64,000 bases of DNA from Tubulanus polymorphus (Eukaryota; Animalia; Nemertea), in assembly GCF_964204645.1 (NCBI RefSeq), contig NC_134032.1:9350275-9414274 (forward strand). The letters are read 5' to 3'. Numbering within the stretch: the first letter of the stretch is position 1; each line of letters starts with the position of its first letter. Positions 46,301 to 60,000 of this stretch are shown here, piece after piece. The position numbers were made by a program, and so were the translations under genes. The notes below the pieces were generated by a model, which was not told the DNA's origin, did no database searches, and worked only from the letters and a program-made list of their open reading frames with translations.

Positions 46301-49300
46301 GATTAATCAAATTTTCTCGGTCGGCCGCAATTTTCGGGTTTTTCTTAATCCGACTTCGTCATAGACCTAACTATTAATCGAACTTATTTTCCTGTCTGCA
46401 AGATCCTTCGGGGTTTGCTTTCGTTTAAACGCGCCCTTTTTTCCGATCAAAGCCTTTCGATTTCCATTCGATACGAACTATGCAGAGAAACGATGATAAA
46501 ACGTCAATGTTGGGCATTACGTTGATATTTACTAGTGTAGGCCTAGTAGAAGTAATCCAACACATGTACTGATGACAACTGACACTGTATGTGTGCCGAC
46601 TCTATCACATAGATAGATATATGTTTTCCTAGTTTATTCATAGAGATGCCACCTGGCTCGATGCAAATCAGGCTACGGTGTTTTTTACGGCAGTGTGTAC
46701 ACACCCCACGAGCTCGGTAATCGGTAATGATAAATTCGAACTTCGTAATTATATGCTTTCAAAATTTGAAATTCAATTAGGCCTACTGTGGGACGTCGTT
46801 ACGACGACCATCGGTGGACCAGAAAATATGTTTGGTTATTGGCTAGAGGTTCATTTAACAATGATTCGCAATAACCGATGAATCGTTGTTACGAGGTTCC
46901 GCTGTAAATAAATGTTGAGAGAACTCATTGAAATGAAAACTGATTATTTCATTTTCGATCGCTTTTACTGTCTCAGGAATCATATATCCATTACAAACCG
47001 TGGAACTAGTGTCCTGAAGTTTGAATTTAAAAATGGCAAAAATGCATAAAGAGGATGTATTTTTGATAATAGTAATGATGATAAACAATGATAACTTATC
47101 CATATAGCGCAGGAATCCTATTTGATACAGTTCAAATGTGTTCTTTTTTTTTATTGGTATTGTAATCATTAATCGCGGCCTTGATATATTCAAAGAACTC
47201 GATCAGTCATATCTTTCTATCATGCTAGGTACACATTAGGATATGCCCGAGGACACTACGTGAATGTACGGGGTTCGAACCAACGGCCAGGCTTCACAGA
47301 GTCGAACGCTCTAACCACTCGCCCATACTCCACTGACCTCTGTACTTTCATAAATCTATGAACCTGCTAATAGCCCGAACGTACTACATAGCTCAGTAAA
47401 TTGAGGGGTGAAAACAATGAGCGTTTCGTGTGAGATGGTATTTTTAAGACTCTGTAAGGGAGGGTGGTACAGGTGTACGTGACTCACGTTACCTCATAGA
47501 ACTAATTACCGCTGAAGAAAAATTAGTTAGTAATCATATATACGCGCAGGCTACTCGGCCTCTGCTTGTGTTGTTGTTCTAAACTCAGGTTGAGTTCTTT
47601 TCAGATTCGATACCGTTTTACAGTTATGCAGCGTTTAATAGGCCTATTTGATTCGCGAGAGAGTTAATATGAGATACGACTATGTGTCGAGCAATTATTC
47701 CAATGATATACTATTGTAGAACAGCTTTGTGAGCTAGGCCTTAGATGTGAACATTTCAGATGAACCTAGAAGTGAAGAACTAGGCAGATCTGTCTACCAC
47801 CACCCTTGTAGTGTAGTAGTTTTAATTTCATTCTCAATGAATTAACTATTTCAATTACTTCCACTGGTTGTGAAAACTATACTAGAAAATAATGGAATAC
47901 CATGTAATCGGGTCTGAGTAGGGTCCTGGTTGTGAAAGCTATACTTGAAATAGAATACCATGTAGTCGGGTCTGAGTGGGGTCCTGGGGTGTGAAAACTT
48001 TTACTTTCCAGCTATGAGCCCGGTCGTTGAGCCTCCGGGGCTAATACCGAGTTGTAAGACCGGGTGCCACCTACTGTCTAAGAAACCATTTCCCTATCTA
48101 CAATGCCCAAATCCACCCGGAATGAATAGGGAATACTTATGTCCACATTAGTAGTTGTCTGGAGTCCAACTACTGAAAATGAAATTTGATTGACGCAAGA
48201 AGCTAGAATAGGGCCTTAGATACAAATACTGGTAATACTTGTAATTTTGTCAGTATTTAGAATAATTGGCACTTTTTCTTTTCGAAAAATAGGCCTATAA
48301 ACCAAAAAATCCAGAAAAAAAGTTGTTAAACTTACTTTTTGTATTGTTACCGATATAATTCCTAGTCGCGAAAGAAAGAGAGCGAAATCTTGAGAATAGA
48401 ACTTCGAACGGTTTAAACTGAAACATATGTTTCAGGTTTGAGAGAGAGGAAGGGAGGGAAGAAGGAGGGATTTTCTAAGATTTGCTTTTCCTCCGAGTTT
48501 GTTTGGGCAGGGTGGTGTTAATAAGCGGAACATTTACGTTGTAGGATATAACGAATTATCAAGAGAAAGATTTCAAATTTCAAAATACTTCGGTATGAAG
48601 AATAAAAACCTTGTTCGTTTTAGATCTAGGTCAAGGTTGTTTGGTTACATTTGGCCTAGTTCTTCCACAGTCGGGAAAAATTTTGTTAGAAAAAATTAAC
48701 TCATTTCATTGACTCCATCCAAATTAAAAGAACTATTTTTGTTTGAAGTAACTGAATACGACCTAATTTGACTCCTAAGTCTCAAATATGGCTCGGAACA
48801 GGGGTCTAATCCAAACCAAATACTTTATCATACCTGAAAACCCTGCCTATTATTACCTAGGATTGTAGAATAGTGTTTTTCAATGATACGTATTTTTTTT
48901 TTCCAGAACGCCAATAAAATGCGGACATGTCATCCGTTTGACACATTTATCATCTAAAAAAAATTTACACAGTCACCATTTTAGTTCGCCCCTGTCGGGA
49001 AACCAGGAGGTCAGCGCGTTCGGAGATAAAGGCGGTGGAGATGAGGGTAAGATATCTTGAATTATATCCCTGTCTTTGATATTGGTATTCGCCTAGACTC
49101 AAATAGATAAAGATGATACAGGGTCCTTATGACTCCTTCATTCCTTAGAAACCCCGTCAAAACTGAAATGTTTTTAAAGGTACTTGAAAATCCTTCTTTT
49201 TGAGCAAAAGGCCCGAAACCCTTTTAAAACCCCATTCCATTTTGAGAAATAGGCAATTAGAAATTATTTTCTAGTTTGTAGTTGTGCTGATTAATTTTTC

Positions 49301-50732
49301 CTTTAACAGGGTTTCCAGCGGTCCTTCCAAGTCCTTCTTTTGGAAAAAGTTTGGACAACCATCATCTTTGTCCTTCTTTTTGACTCTAAGTCCTTCCTTT
49401 TGATAAAAAAGTCCTTCCAAATTTGATTTTTATGTATTTTTGCGTGCAATTTTGACGCGAATTTTACCGTTGAAGTATTTCATTACTCAGGCCTGGTAAT
49501 TCAATTATCAGTAAGATTGAATCTGCAGGAAAAGGTTTTGGAATTACCCTGAAATATATGACTGGTCTACATGACTAGTATTTGGGCAAAGGCATTGCGA
49601 AAATGCTCCCTTATGGCCCCTCATTTTACTGGAAAGTACATCTTTCCGAGTCAAAAAGTCCCCCCTTATGGGTCTAAAATTGCCGAAAAAACCCTTCTTG
49701 GTACTTCTTTTTACTCTGGCCTTACCACTGGAAACCCTGTTTAAAACTCCTTTTATCAAGAGTGACTGGTCTGTAGAGACCGTTTCATGTAGGATCTAGT
49801 TCACCAGTTCTCGTTCGAATCGGGTACACCTGCAGCGACATATAAGAATGCCTTGAAATTTGGAAATTTAAGATCAACTATTGAAGATATTAATTCGGCA
49901 TGCAATTTCCAAATTCTAAATCACAGTGGCCCCTGCACATTAAATCAATTGTTCTTCTAGGTGACCACTGGTCTGTGGAGTGCGAGGAAACTTACTGGGA
50001 CCGAGGAGAACATTTCCAGCTGAAACATGTCGTCACTGGGCAGTAAGTAAAAATCCTGAAATTTGTAGACAGCGATGTATAAGATCACCTCATAAAGGCC
50101 CAGAATGGCTTGAAATCTCCTTTCGAACGGAAAATACTTATAATGGTGCTCGAAACTGCCCTAATTTGAGCTAAACGTCAGAAACTCCTAAAAACCCCCT
50201 TCAATTTTGAGAAAAAGGAAAAGATGGCAAAGAAGTTGTACATTATTGGACTACGCCTAAATCAGTACAGTTGGAACCCCGATCTTTTAGTTAACCAGTT
50301 CGTTCATAGATAAGAAACCGAGATTAGATAATGTCAAGGATGAAAATTTTCTTACAAAACCACTGGATGACCGGTTTACCGAGATAAACAGTACTGATTT
50401 AGGAGGAGTCTACAGTAATTGGGATATGAATGCAATGCAGAGCACTTCCTCAGAATTTGAAAAAAAAAATTTTTATAAAGCTGCTCGAAAACTTACGTCG
50501 AGAAATTACCGATCTGTAGAGACCCTGTTATATATTTTCTAGGTATCTACATGTATCCGGTGATACGTACGGGCGCCCGATACACGGCCAGAAAGAGATC
50601 AGCGCGCACAGCTACGCGAATCACGACGGCAGCGTGTGGAAAGTGATGGAAGGAATTTACGTCAAACCGAACGAAGACTCGATGCTGAACGGCGCCACCG
50701 GTGGCAGTTCGGTGCACCGCGACGAACTTTAA
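43330..50732 (+). CDS. SDF2: Stromal cell-derived factor 2 (SDF2/SDF2L1-like), MIR-domain ER protein, 231 aa
   Basis: Exons 43330-43417, 44159-44271, 44738-44820, 48907-49046, 49961-50042, 50543-50732 (696 nt, phases consistent). Signal peptide; motifs YVTCGSVLKL..RLHSHDVKYGSGSGQQSVTG, LHSHHFSSPLSGNQEVSAFG, YGRPIHGQKE; C-terminal RDEL ER-retention signal; AATAAA at 51237 and 51373. Confidence 0.95.
47243..47330 (-). mobile_element. tRNA-derived SINE head fragment (same family as 14427)
   Basis: GGGGTTCGAACC...GGCTTCACAGAGTC.AA.GCTCTAACCACT.GCCCA shared with 14570-14624. Confidence 0.7.
49307..49739. mobile_element. 433-bp TIR MITE with 5-bp TSD, nested in an older element in SDF2 intron 4
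   Basis: TIR CAGGGTTTCCAG(C/T)GG; TTTAA on both sides; internal GTCCTTC subrepeats. Confidence 0.8.
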
Positions 50733-52786
50733 CGATCGCTGAACGCTTTTAACGAAATATCATCATATACTCCTCATTTCATCGATTTTCCGTCGTGGGC
50801 GAATAGGACAAAATGTCAGATTTTCATAAAACAAAAATTGGAAATTTTATAAGTCAATGTTTTCACAACGAAATACGTAGAATTGTTCGATTTCAAAAAA
50901 AAGAATGGTTTGCTATTTGCTACGAAATTATAAAAACATGCGATTTCTTTATTTCCTGACCAAGTTTTTCAATATTCGGTGAAACCTTTCGTCAACGAAA
51001 AAAGAAGTTTTAATTTCTGAGAACAGATTAAAAAGATAGAATAGTAAAAAGTAAATTTTCAATTTTGTTTTTGTCGTACATGTAACAAATTTTCTGTAAC
51101 AAGATGTAGTTATCCTATAGTCGAACTCCCTAAAGTCGTCATCGGTTAGTTCTCCACATTTATGAAGTGGTCTCTAAAGCCCCGATTTGTTTATTTTTCA
51201 ACCAATTCCATATATTTGTCATTTCCAGCTATGACCAATAAAGGGAGTTTGACCTTCATACTTTTAAGTAAATTCTGACGGTTTCAATACATTTGTCTTC
51301 GATGTTCCGTTGCCCGCATTCTCTATACGGTTTCATAACTTGTTTCGTGTTTTTGTGTAAAAAAAAGCTCCTAATAAATGAATATTATTAAATTATTAAT
51401 AGATTTTAATTGAATTTGTGTCGATTTCTTTTTGTCTGGTCCGAGGTCAGATTTTTACCCGAGCCGCAGTACAGTGGAACCTCGTTATAACAGCATTGGA
51501 AGTAACGATTTATCAGTTAAAACAAAACTTGAATCTTATCCCAAATTCTGGTGAATTTTTATAATTTCATTTTACACTGGATATGATAGATTATCGATTT
51601 CTGGTTCGTGTAGTTCATTGTATCTAGGTTCATCAGCATTATAAGATGTTGATGGCGCTACTGAATTCTTTCCATATTTTCCGAACGATATGGGGAGCGT
51701 CTTGTCCCATTCTCGCTTGCCAGGGGTTGCAGATTTAGCAAAATTGGAAAAGCGAGTGGGTGGTCATCTTCGGAAAACGCACTCGTCCAAACGCCGAGAA
51801 AGGTTTGGCTTGCCAAGGGAGAAATAGGGCCACTTCAATATGAAGGCAGGTACCAGACCTAGAAAGATCAGTAGTTCCGTCTATGGGTTGCGTCACGCCA
51901 AAAATATTGATTAATAACATATATGAACAAACGTACATACAATTCAAGAAAATCTCTATCAGTTTTGTTTTCAAATCGCTAGTATATATTTATCAATCAC
52001 ATAGACAAATTAATGCAATTCAGTGAAGTCGCTTACAAAAAATTATTTTTGAAAGATTCTGTTTTGTAATTGCCGGACACGATTTCTGCCGCGGCTGTCT
52101 CTATCGCTAAAGTTGAATTCACTTGAATTCATAGGTAATTCCCTATGTTAATCAATAGGCCTATCTATGATCTTCAGGTCATTATAGGCATCTGGGAGGA
52201 CAAGGGAAAAATATTTCTATTGATATCTTTGATATTCGAGTATCACTTTCGATATATCTTGGAAGAACCACAGAAGGAAAATAAAAAGGAGTGAAAATTA
52301 CGATGAATATAATTCAAATGATGGGAAAAATTCATTTTTGTAAATCACTTGATCGAAGATTAAAGTAAAGGCATGACAAAAAAATTTGAATGTTGAAAAG
52401 TTTGAAATTTGAACAAAATTTTTTTTTGAGAATTTTGATGAAAAAATGACATGGGCAGAAAAGAAAATTTACTCGAATTCGGGGAGCGTATGTATACGTA
52501 ATCCGTATGACAAGAAGCCCGATTACCTCACAGGGGCTCGTATTTGAAGTTTGGGGTGAACTGTAACTTCGGGATCATCCAGGGTATTCCTGGTGAAAAA
52601 GAATATTCTATTTATACATATAGTACCAGGGATAGTGGATGGATTACATTCCTTATTAATTGTGCCGTGTGAAACTATCGGATGCATCTATTACGACCGA
52701 AAACATTTCTTCGCGGCCAAAACTCTGCAATGAAGTTGTCCGTTGCGTTAGCGCTTAAGTCTCCATTGAAATTCTAAGTAATTCAT

Positions 52787-55114
52787 TCAGTAAAAAGTTC
52801 CTCCGATTGTAGCTGAAATATAGATAAGAAAGAATGTATATAAATATGAATGTTATGTTTTTTTTTCAAGCAGATTTTCTAAGTTCGAGATGAACTTGAA
52901 CATTTGAATATAGTCGTGTACCCTTCAAAAGTGACTGATAAAAACAGGAGCGGATTTAGGGGTGGTCACTAGGGCCCCTGTCTTTTCGTACAGGTTGCCC
53001 TTTTCGACAAGACAAAGCTCGTTAATATCTACAATAGACACTCATCCTTTCGGTTATGGCACATGTTTCTTCTCTACTGGACCCCGGCCACCCAAATTTT
53101 CTACATACTCCACCCCTGAAATATTTCCTTATTTACGAAGTTAACGAAAAGCTCGTAACATATAGAAATTCGAATTCAGAAAAAAATCTCTCATTGAAAA
53201 AGCTTACAAATTTTTATTTGTTCCTGGTCGTTATCGTAATTCGGGTTGTAATAAATTCCATGAAACGCGTCGTCTGCTACACGACTCGTGGCGTCACCTG
53301 CTGGTGGCGAATCGACTGACGCAGATGATGTAGTCGCAACGATCATGTCTAAAAACGAAAAAGAAACCGTTTAAAATACAATTCGAAAGATTCCCCATGA
53401 AATAGGGGACGAATCTAAGGGAGTGTCTCGCCGGAGTCCCCCTCTTCATCGAGTCGGAAATCCTTAAAACCCGGCTGCCAAATTCATCCCTCCTTTCGAG
53501 AACTGAAAGAACTACGTTCTGGTGACGCACAGACCCCATTTTCAGGGGCGGGTCCAGAGTCCCACTTTTTTCGGGCGAGTGATCTTGGAATCCCCCCTCC
53601 ACCAAACAAAGAAAATGGTGAAATTGTGAGCGTATTTCATGTCTTACTTCAACCAGGAAAGTGCTCTGATTGCACCAGCTTTTGGCTTCGCGCAGGCATC
53701 ATTGGGCTACAATCGTGTGTAATTGACCCAGTGCGCCCCCTTTTCCCCAAAAGCTAGATCCGCCACTGCATTTCCTTTTTTAATGAAAATTCGTTTGAAG
53801 AACGAAATTTCCATGGCCAGTTTAGAATGTGAAGTAAATGGCCTGGAGCCGACTTATATACCAGTGTCCGTGTTGCGGTTATTTGAAAGGCATCTGTGAC
53901 GATAGAATATGTACAAGGCGAGTAACATCAACGCGGATCCGACAGCTAAAATGAAAGCACCCACTATCGTGTATGCGACGCCACTTCCTGAGTGCAGACG
54001 GCGAATCGTTACGGTGTCTTCTAAAAAAGTAGAAAAGATCGAAACTTGAATCGACCCGCGTATAACACATATTTGCTAAGAGGCCACTGGTCAAGCGGAG
54101 TTTCTGGAAAAGTGTGACGGAAGAGTTAGATTACTCACGTGTAGTGCGCTCCGTCGGGACGTATAAAACTGTACAAAAAAATAAGGCCATAAAATCATTC
54201 AAAATTTCGTCGGAATTTCTATTAAGACGTTTTTATTGAAAACGTTTGTAGTTAAATCGATCTTAATGAGGTCAAAATTACTTGTCTTCAATTCACGTGA
54301 CCGGTTAAACTCCGCCCACTGTCCACTGAGTATCCAATTGTTGCAGTCGAATTCGTACCGGACGAAAGAGTCACCTTGGATACCGTTCAGGACAACCTTT
54401 AATTTGAGTAAATTCATGTTACAAATAATGTGTTTATGATGTTATCAATAAAATTTCCAAAAGTACACATTTGGAAATCTTGCCTTTTCCGGTAACCATT
54501 CTTCACTCGTTGTGTCTGTGCCGTTCACTGTCGTCGTCTGGTCGTCTCGCGCGACGACGTCACTTCCGCCCAGTTTCAGTCTGACGGCGCTCGGCTCTCC
54601 GACGACCTTGACCCTGATATTCGCTCGTTTCACGGTGCCCTGGTGGAAGCCGCGGCCCAGCGACACGAATTCGGTTCGGCGCTCGCGGGTGGGCGGCGTC
54701 CCGATGATCATGAGATAAACGGGCGATTCGGCTCCGTGAAAGTGAAGCTCGCCGGTTGTGACATAAACATCCCAGGAAACTTACGAAAAAAAACGTAGAA
54801 AATCTACCTCATTTAAAAATGAAAAGAATCCCGCAATAATTAAGAAATAATAATCTTGCTTTTGCTCGACCTGTTATGAGCTGTTCCATAATTCCTCTTA
54901 GACATCATCAAATTACACCCAGAACCATCCATAAAGAAAGGCTCTTCCCGTAAAATACTAAGTACTCGTTGGAATTTTCCATCAAAATATGGATACCCCC
55001 TTTCCGCAATGACATCATCAAATATTTACCTTTATCGAAACCTAGAATTGAACAGAAGAATAAGATAACGACTTGTATCAGAACCAACACAGCGCCGTCG
55101 CAGCCGCGGTACAT
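52787..55114 (-). CDS. Single-pass type I membrane protein with extracellular PLAT/LH2-like domain and cytoplasmic NPxY motif (about 283 aa)
   Basis: Exons 55114-55030 (signal peptide), 54779-54484, 54396-54282, 54168-54139, 54020-53862 (TM VAYTIVGAFILAVGSALMLLALYIFY then RHR), 53348-53208 (YYNPNY), 52812-52787 (last exon uncertain); total 852 nt in frame. PLAT hallmarks WDVYVTTG...VYLMIIG, WLPEKVVL, YEFDCNNWI. Confidence 0.75.
53543..53768. mobile_element. Short TIR MITE (CAGGGGCGG... family) in an intron of the PLAT gene
   Basis: CAGGGGCGGGTCCAG / CTAGATCCGCCACTG; flanks CATTTT/CATTTC. Confidence 0.55.
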
Positions 55115-57012
55115 ATTCAGTCAGCGCGTTATGCCAGGTATAAATATCATTAGAATGAACGATCAAAAAACTTCCTCGTTAGAATCTGATTTCATGTCTC
55201 GTGACAAACATTATATATTTCAGTTCACTGATAAATCAGAATCTATGAAACCAGGAAACGCGGGTCGCGGCCATTAATGCGTGCGCGAATGTATGACTCT
55301 CTCTTTTGATGAAATCTATTTTCATCGAATTCAATTTAAGATCGCCCTGTGACATCATCAAATCATTCAACCTAAATCCAATATATCCCCTATGTCACCC
55401 TATGACATCATCACCAAATTGCATCCGAACACGTTTTCGAACAGATATGGCTAAATTATTCATCGAGAGATGCCCGAAACATAATCAAACTTCATAAAGA
55501 TTTTTGGTTAGTTTTGATAAGTTTCAGCATAGACTCTAGAACGTTTAAATAGAGTCCATTGTTGATGTCTCGACATGACCTAGTTAGTTCTAACTTCTTA
55601 CAGTCTCCAGTAGATGGCGAGCTAGTAGTAGAGACTTGCACTCACTTGTGCTCTTTAGCTGTCTTGTCTGACCTTGGAGTTACTCCAAGGTCAGACAGTC
55701 GATGATTCCATGGCTTACGCTAAATAAGTATTAGGTATGAATATGAATTAGGTATAAGTATGAATTAGACTTATGATATGATATATAAGGATCTAAATAT
55801 CAAATATTTCATCTAACCATCGTGAACAGTATACGCGATTAGATTGATGAATGTTGGAAGTGTTGGCCGTTCAGTTGCACTGTTATGTCCGATGTTAGAA
55901 ATAGCCGTAAGGGAAAATATAAGATGGCACAGAAATAAAAAGGCTTCGTTTGGTTTTAAAAGCATTAAACCGCGCTTCTCGTCCCGAGGGCTTGAGCCTT
56001 TATTCTGCTGTCCACCTCGTCATACAGCCTTCTCGGGTGTCCCCATTTATCAAGAGGAGGGGTCGAATACCTTTTAAAAGGGCCAAATCCACCATGCTCT
56101 TCTTAAAACTGTTGTTACGGGCCTTTTGAGACGAAAAAAAGTGAACGCTGAATACCACTGCGTGGTTCCTGATGTTCGAAGTTTGGCGCATATCGCGTTT
56201 GTAGTTTATGAGGTAACTAGCTGAATACCCGTCCAATGGGCGGTTTTGTCGTTGAGCGCACAGGTGTGTTAGTCATGAGCACACCTCCTCGGTTCAAAAA
56301 TCCCAAATCCTGATATTTTTGCTTGCGAAAAACAATTTGGCCGTGAAATAAATCTAAATGCTTCAAATGTTCAGATTTTTTAGAAGCGCTGAACTCCAGA
56401 CCTCCACTACCCCGTCTGACCTGTCTGTGGTACAAAACGTATCGTTTAGATATCTACAGTAAATTCTGCCCCAGCCGTTTTAGGCCCCTCCTCCTCGTTC
56501 GATCTTTGTACTTACTTTATTGACCACACCACCTGTACGATCATTTAAAAAGCCCGTCCTATCAACCAACGAATTGCATGTATATGCTTAAATTGACCAT
56601 TAATTGAAGATCGCTCGACGATGATATTAGGATTCTGTATTTTGTATCACTGTTCGGCATTGTTTTTTGATATCTCTCGTATACACATAATTGTTATGAA
56701 AAAGCTTCTGTCAGAAAAGTATGTACATTTTCTTTGACCCCCTCCCAGTACAAAGTTACTTCATTATATTTGTTTACCCCTCCCCATAAACCTATGTACT
56801 ATTAGAACGCTCTCTTATAAAATTGACCACCAACGCACGCATCCGCAGCCCCCTGAGCCATTCTGAGAACCTACCGTTGGGCCTCCTTAACCTGTCTGTG
56901 GTATGGAACCATTCTGAAAACCTGCGCAATGGGCCTGTCCCCCTCCAAGAAACACCCACAATTCACAACTGATGCAGAATTCAGTGTTAGGGAACAGTGT
57001 TATGTACTGTTA

Positions 57013-60000
57013 CAGGGGCGTAGCCACCGGTGCGACAACTGCGACATGTTGCACCAATGATTGAAAACCCCATTATGCTAAAACGTCATCAAGTTGTTGA
57101 AGTTGTCAGTGGTGCAAAGTATTTCATTCGGAGGCGTTTCCGCCCAGTGACTCCAGCGAGTTTTGTTTATACGGTAACAGTGTCACATCTGATCCATGCA
57201 CCTGATCTCACAGTATCAAAGTAACCGAATTCAGTAAACTTTTTTTTATATTACTTTAGAGCGACTTCTGGTTATATTTCACTGATTCTGTAGGTGTTTT
57301 ATACATTAAAAATTGACCAAAATAAAGGATTTGACCAAGAAAATTCTGCTGAAGTGCCGAGAGATGAAAACCGAGAAAATCGAGAGAGTATTGATTGTAC
57401 AATAAGCTAACATCAGTTCTGCTATTTCTTTATCAATAAGTCACTGGTCCGTGGCAGATCCGGCCTACCACTAGTGTATCGAGGGGTACTCAGGTTGCCC
57501 TTATATCTTTCTAGTTCGTGATTTTGACAGGCTCTTGTACTAACATGAATGTTTTATTCCGGGCAAGTATTCTGGAAGTAGTATAAAAATGGTCAATTCG
57601 AATCTAAACGGAAATAGTTAACTTCTAGGGGATAGATGTTATGCCCCAAATATGCTTAAAGATTGCATCTCAGAGCCTAGAAAAATCCAAATTTTCTGGG
57701 GAGTGCCCCCAGATCCCCCGTTTTTTGCTATGATATAATTGTCCTTCCAGTTCAGCAGGACGCCGCTCTGGGGTGTTGAAACATCTGGACCCCTCCCTAG
57801 ACCAAAGATAACCTTTGAGGCTTTGTATTATCTACAGAAAAAATTATTCGAATATGAGCTCTCATAGCCACCAGAATGCATCTCAGACGTTTTAATGTTC
57901 TAGGTTTTCTTGGGGGGGGGGGGGCAAACCCCCTTCTAGACATCGCACCTTCGGCGCTCGCTTGGATATACTGTTATGATAGGCAGTTTTTGATATTTAT
58001 AAAACATGCGTAAATCGATAGCAGTTGGATCTATTCAACTTTATTGGGAATTGCTAAACGGGCACGTTTTGACCAATGGTTTTTCGATGTCTATTTGCTA
58101 TTGTTCACTAGGAATTCACAAACGGGCAAATTTTGGCTTAATGATTATGTAATGTTTATTTGCTTTTGTTACTGGTTCAGTTTATGTCTCGGTTAATAAG
58201 AAATATTTTGGATTTAGTTTTCAAGGCAATAGTAAAAATCCTAAGGCCTTAGGATTTTTACTATTGAAATAAATTTCCACATGCAATTTTTTATTTCAAA
58301 GGCAATGTTTCTTTTTCAGAGAGTTCAGCCTGTTACAGGAACCCGAACAATGCTAATTTAGAGGTCAACTTGTGACTAGATAAGCTAGGTTTACAGGATT
58401 GGAGATGATAAAAAGTGAGTAGGCCTCACTGACTGAATGGTGAATACATCATCTGTAGTCATCGCTGCTGTATTGAATCATTTAACTTTCGGCAATCAAT
58501 TGATTTTTTGTTTATATATAAAAGAGCTTTTTCTTATGCATATTCCTGAAGTCGTGAATTCCTATTCATTCCTACTAACGGAAGAAAATAAGAGAAGCTT
58601 CGTCTACACTTGCATCTTATACCGAGGTTATGCGTCTACACTAAGCTCGAAACACGGGTTGAATGCAAAAAGCCAGGTTTTTGAAAAAGGAGTTATATAA
58701 CCTATTGAGAATTGAACCTATGTTCACGAAAAACTCTACAGATGTGGATTCAGTTACTGGAGCTAAATTAGATGCAGCCCTGCAAACGCTGGGTTTATAT
58801 GAACCCGCATACTTTGAAACCCGGGTTCAACGAGCTGTAGACGTGGTAATATATATCGCAGTCAGAAAAAGAAGCAAATTGAAAGTACATCAATCTTTTA
58901 TTTCCAACCTAAAACAATGAGACATAGATGGTTTGAATGCAACAAGCTATTTTAGCAATTGCGGTTACTAATTTGTAAAATGTATTGATATGATATGGAA
59001 GGCCAACTGCTGAATTCCATGGGTACCATCAGAACCAAATGCACGCTACTTGCCATCTACCTGAAATTAACAAATGTCAATATTATGTTATAAACAAATA
59101 AATATGAAAAAAATGCAAATTTCTGCTTGATACAACTTACATTTGAATGGGAAAAATCGGCTATAAAATATCTGCTATGTCTGACAAATAACTGACGATT
59201 CCTATAAAACAAAAAATACATTATCTTTAAAATAAAATTAACAATTCAAAAATTTTTGGCAATCTTCCAATACAATATACATAGGTCCCTAGTAGGCCTA
59301 CGCTAAACACTAACTGAGCCAGACAACCTGATATCCTTTCAAACAAAACTGAATGCGACATTAGATGTGAGATGCGTGAAAATGAGCCATAGGCTGGTTT
59401 TCCACGAGAAACTGATCAATCAAATTTATTTCCCTTTAGCCGTTTCCACAACAAGGGTGCGGCACTGTTGGACAGGACAGACACACATTTTCAAGTCTGT
59501 ATTTTAATCAATTGTTTACTGTGTCTGCGCAGTAATTAGTCAGAATTTTCAGGGAAATCCCCTCTAAAAATGGCCCCACCACCCGAAGACCTGCACACAA
59601 ATTTCTGTGTCAGAGCCAAAATTGAGGTAACGCCTGCGCTTTTACGCCTTTCTCGTGGAAAATCCTAGTTTAGGAATATTACGCAACAAATTCAATATTT
59701 CCTTATGCCAAATGATTATTCTCATAACAGTCCTTCATTTCAGGATTCAATAAGACTCAGTATGTGTTTTTATAGACTGTGGCACTAAAAATTTAGTCCA
59801 ATTATAATAATTTTCGAATTTGGTCCGCAGTTTACGATTAGGCCTAACTTGATGACGCGAATTCTAAGTCAACTCGTAATAGGGAGTATACATTCTATAT
59901 ATCAAAATTGACAGGAGAACAAGATCTAATTACGTATGTTTTCAGATTTCGAATAAACCCAATTATATTCGAGTTAAAGTCATCAAAATAAATAAGGTAA

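Noticed and set aside
47865-48000. About 62-bp tandem duplication (similar ones at 58040-58170 and 28316-28400)
   Set aside because: Ordinary local duplications with no further structure.
52150-52780. Further coding exons of the PLAT gene
   Set aside because: Splice-like sites exist, but all three frames close shortly after the 52812 acceptor; treated as 3'UTR.
55844-56435. Short ORFs upstream of the PLAT gene (similar ones at 60640-61334)
   Set aside because: No domain resemblance and no consistent exon chain.
58437-58920. ORFs as a transposase of the 57-61.6 kb element
   Set aside because: No recognisable DDE or hAT dimerisation motif in an open frame; only a faint resemblance near 58870-58945, not supportable without a search.
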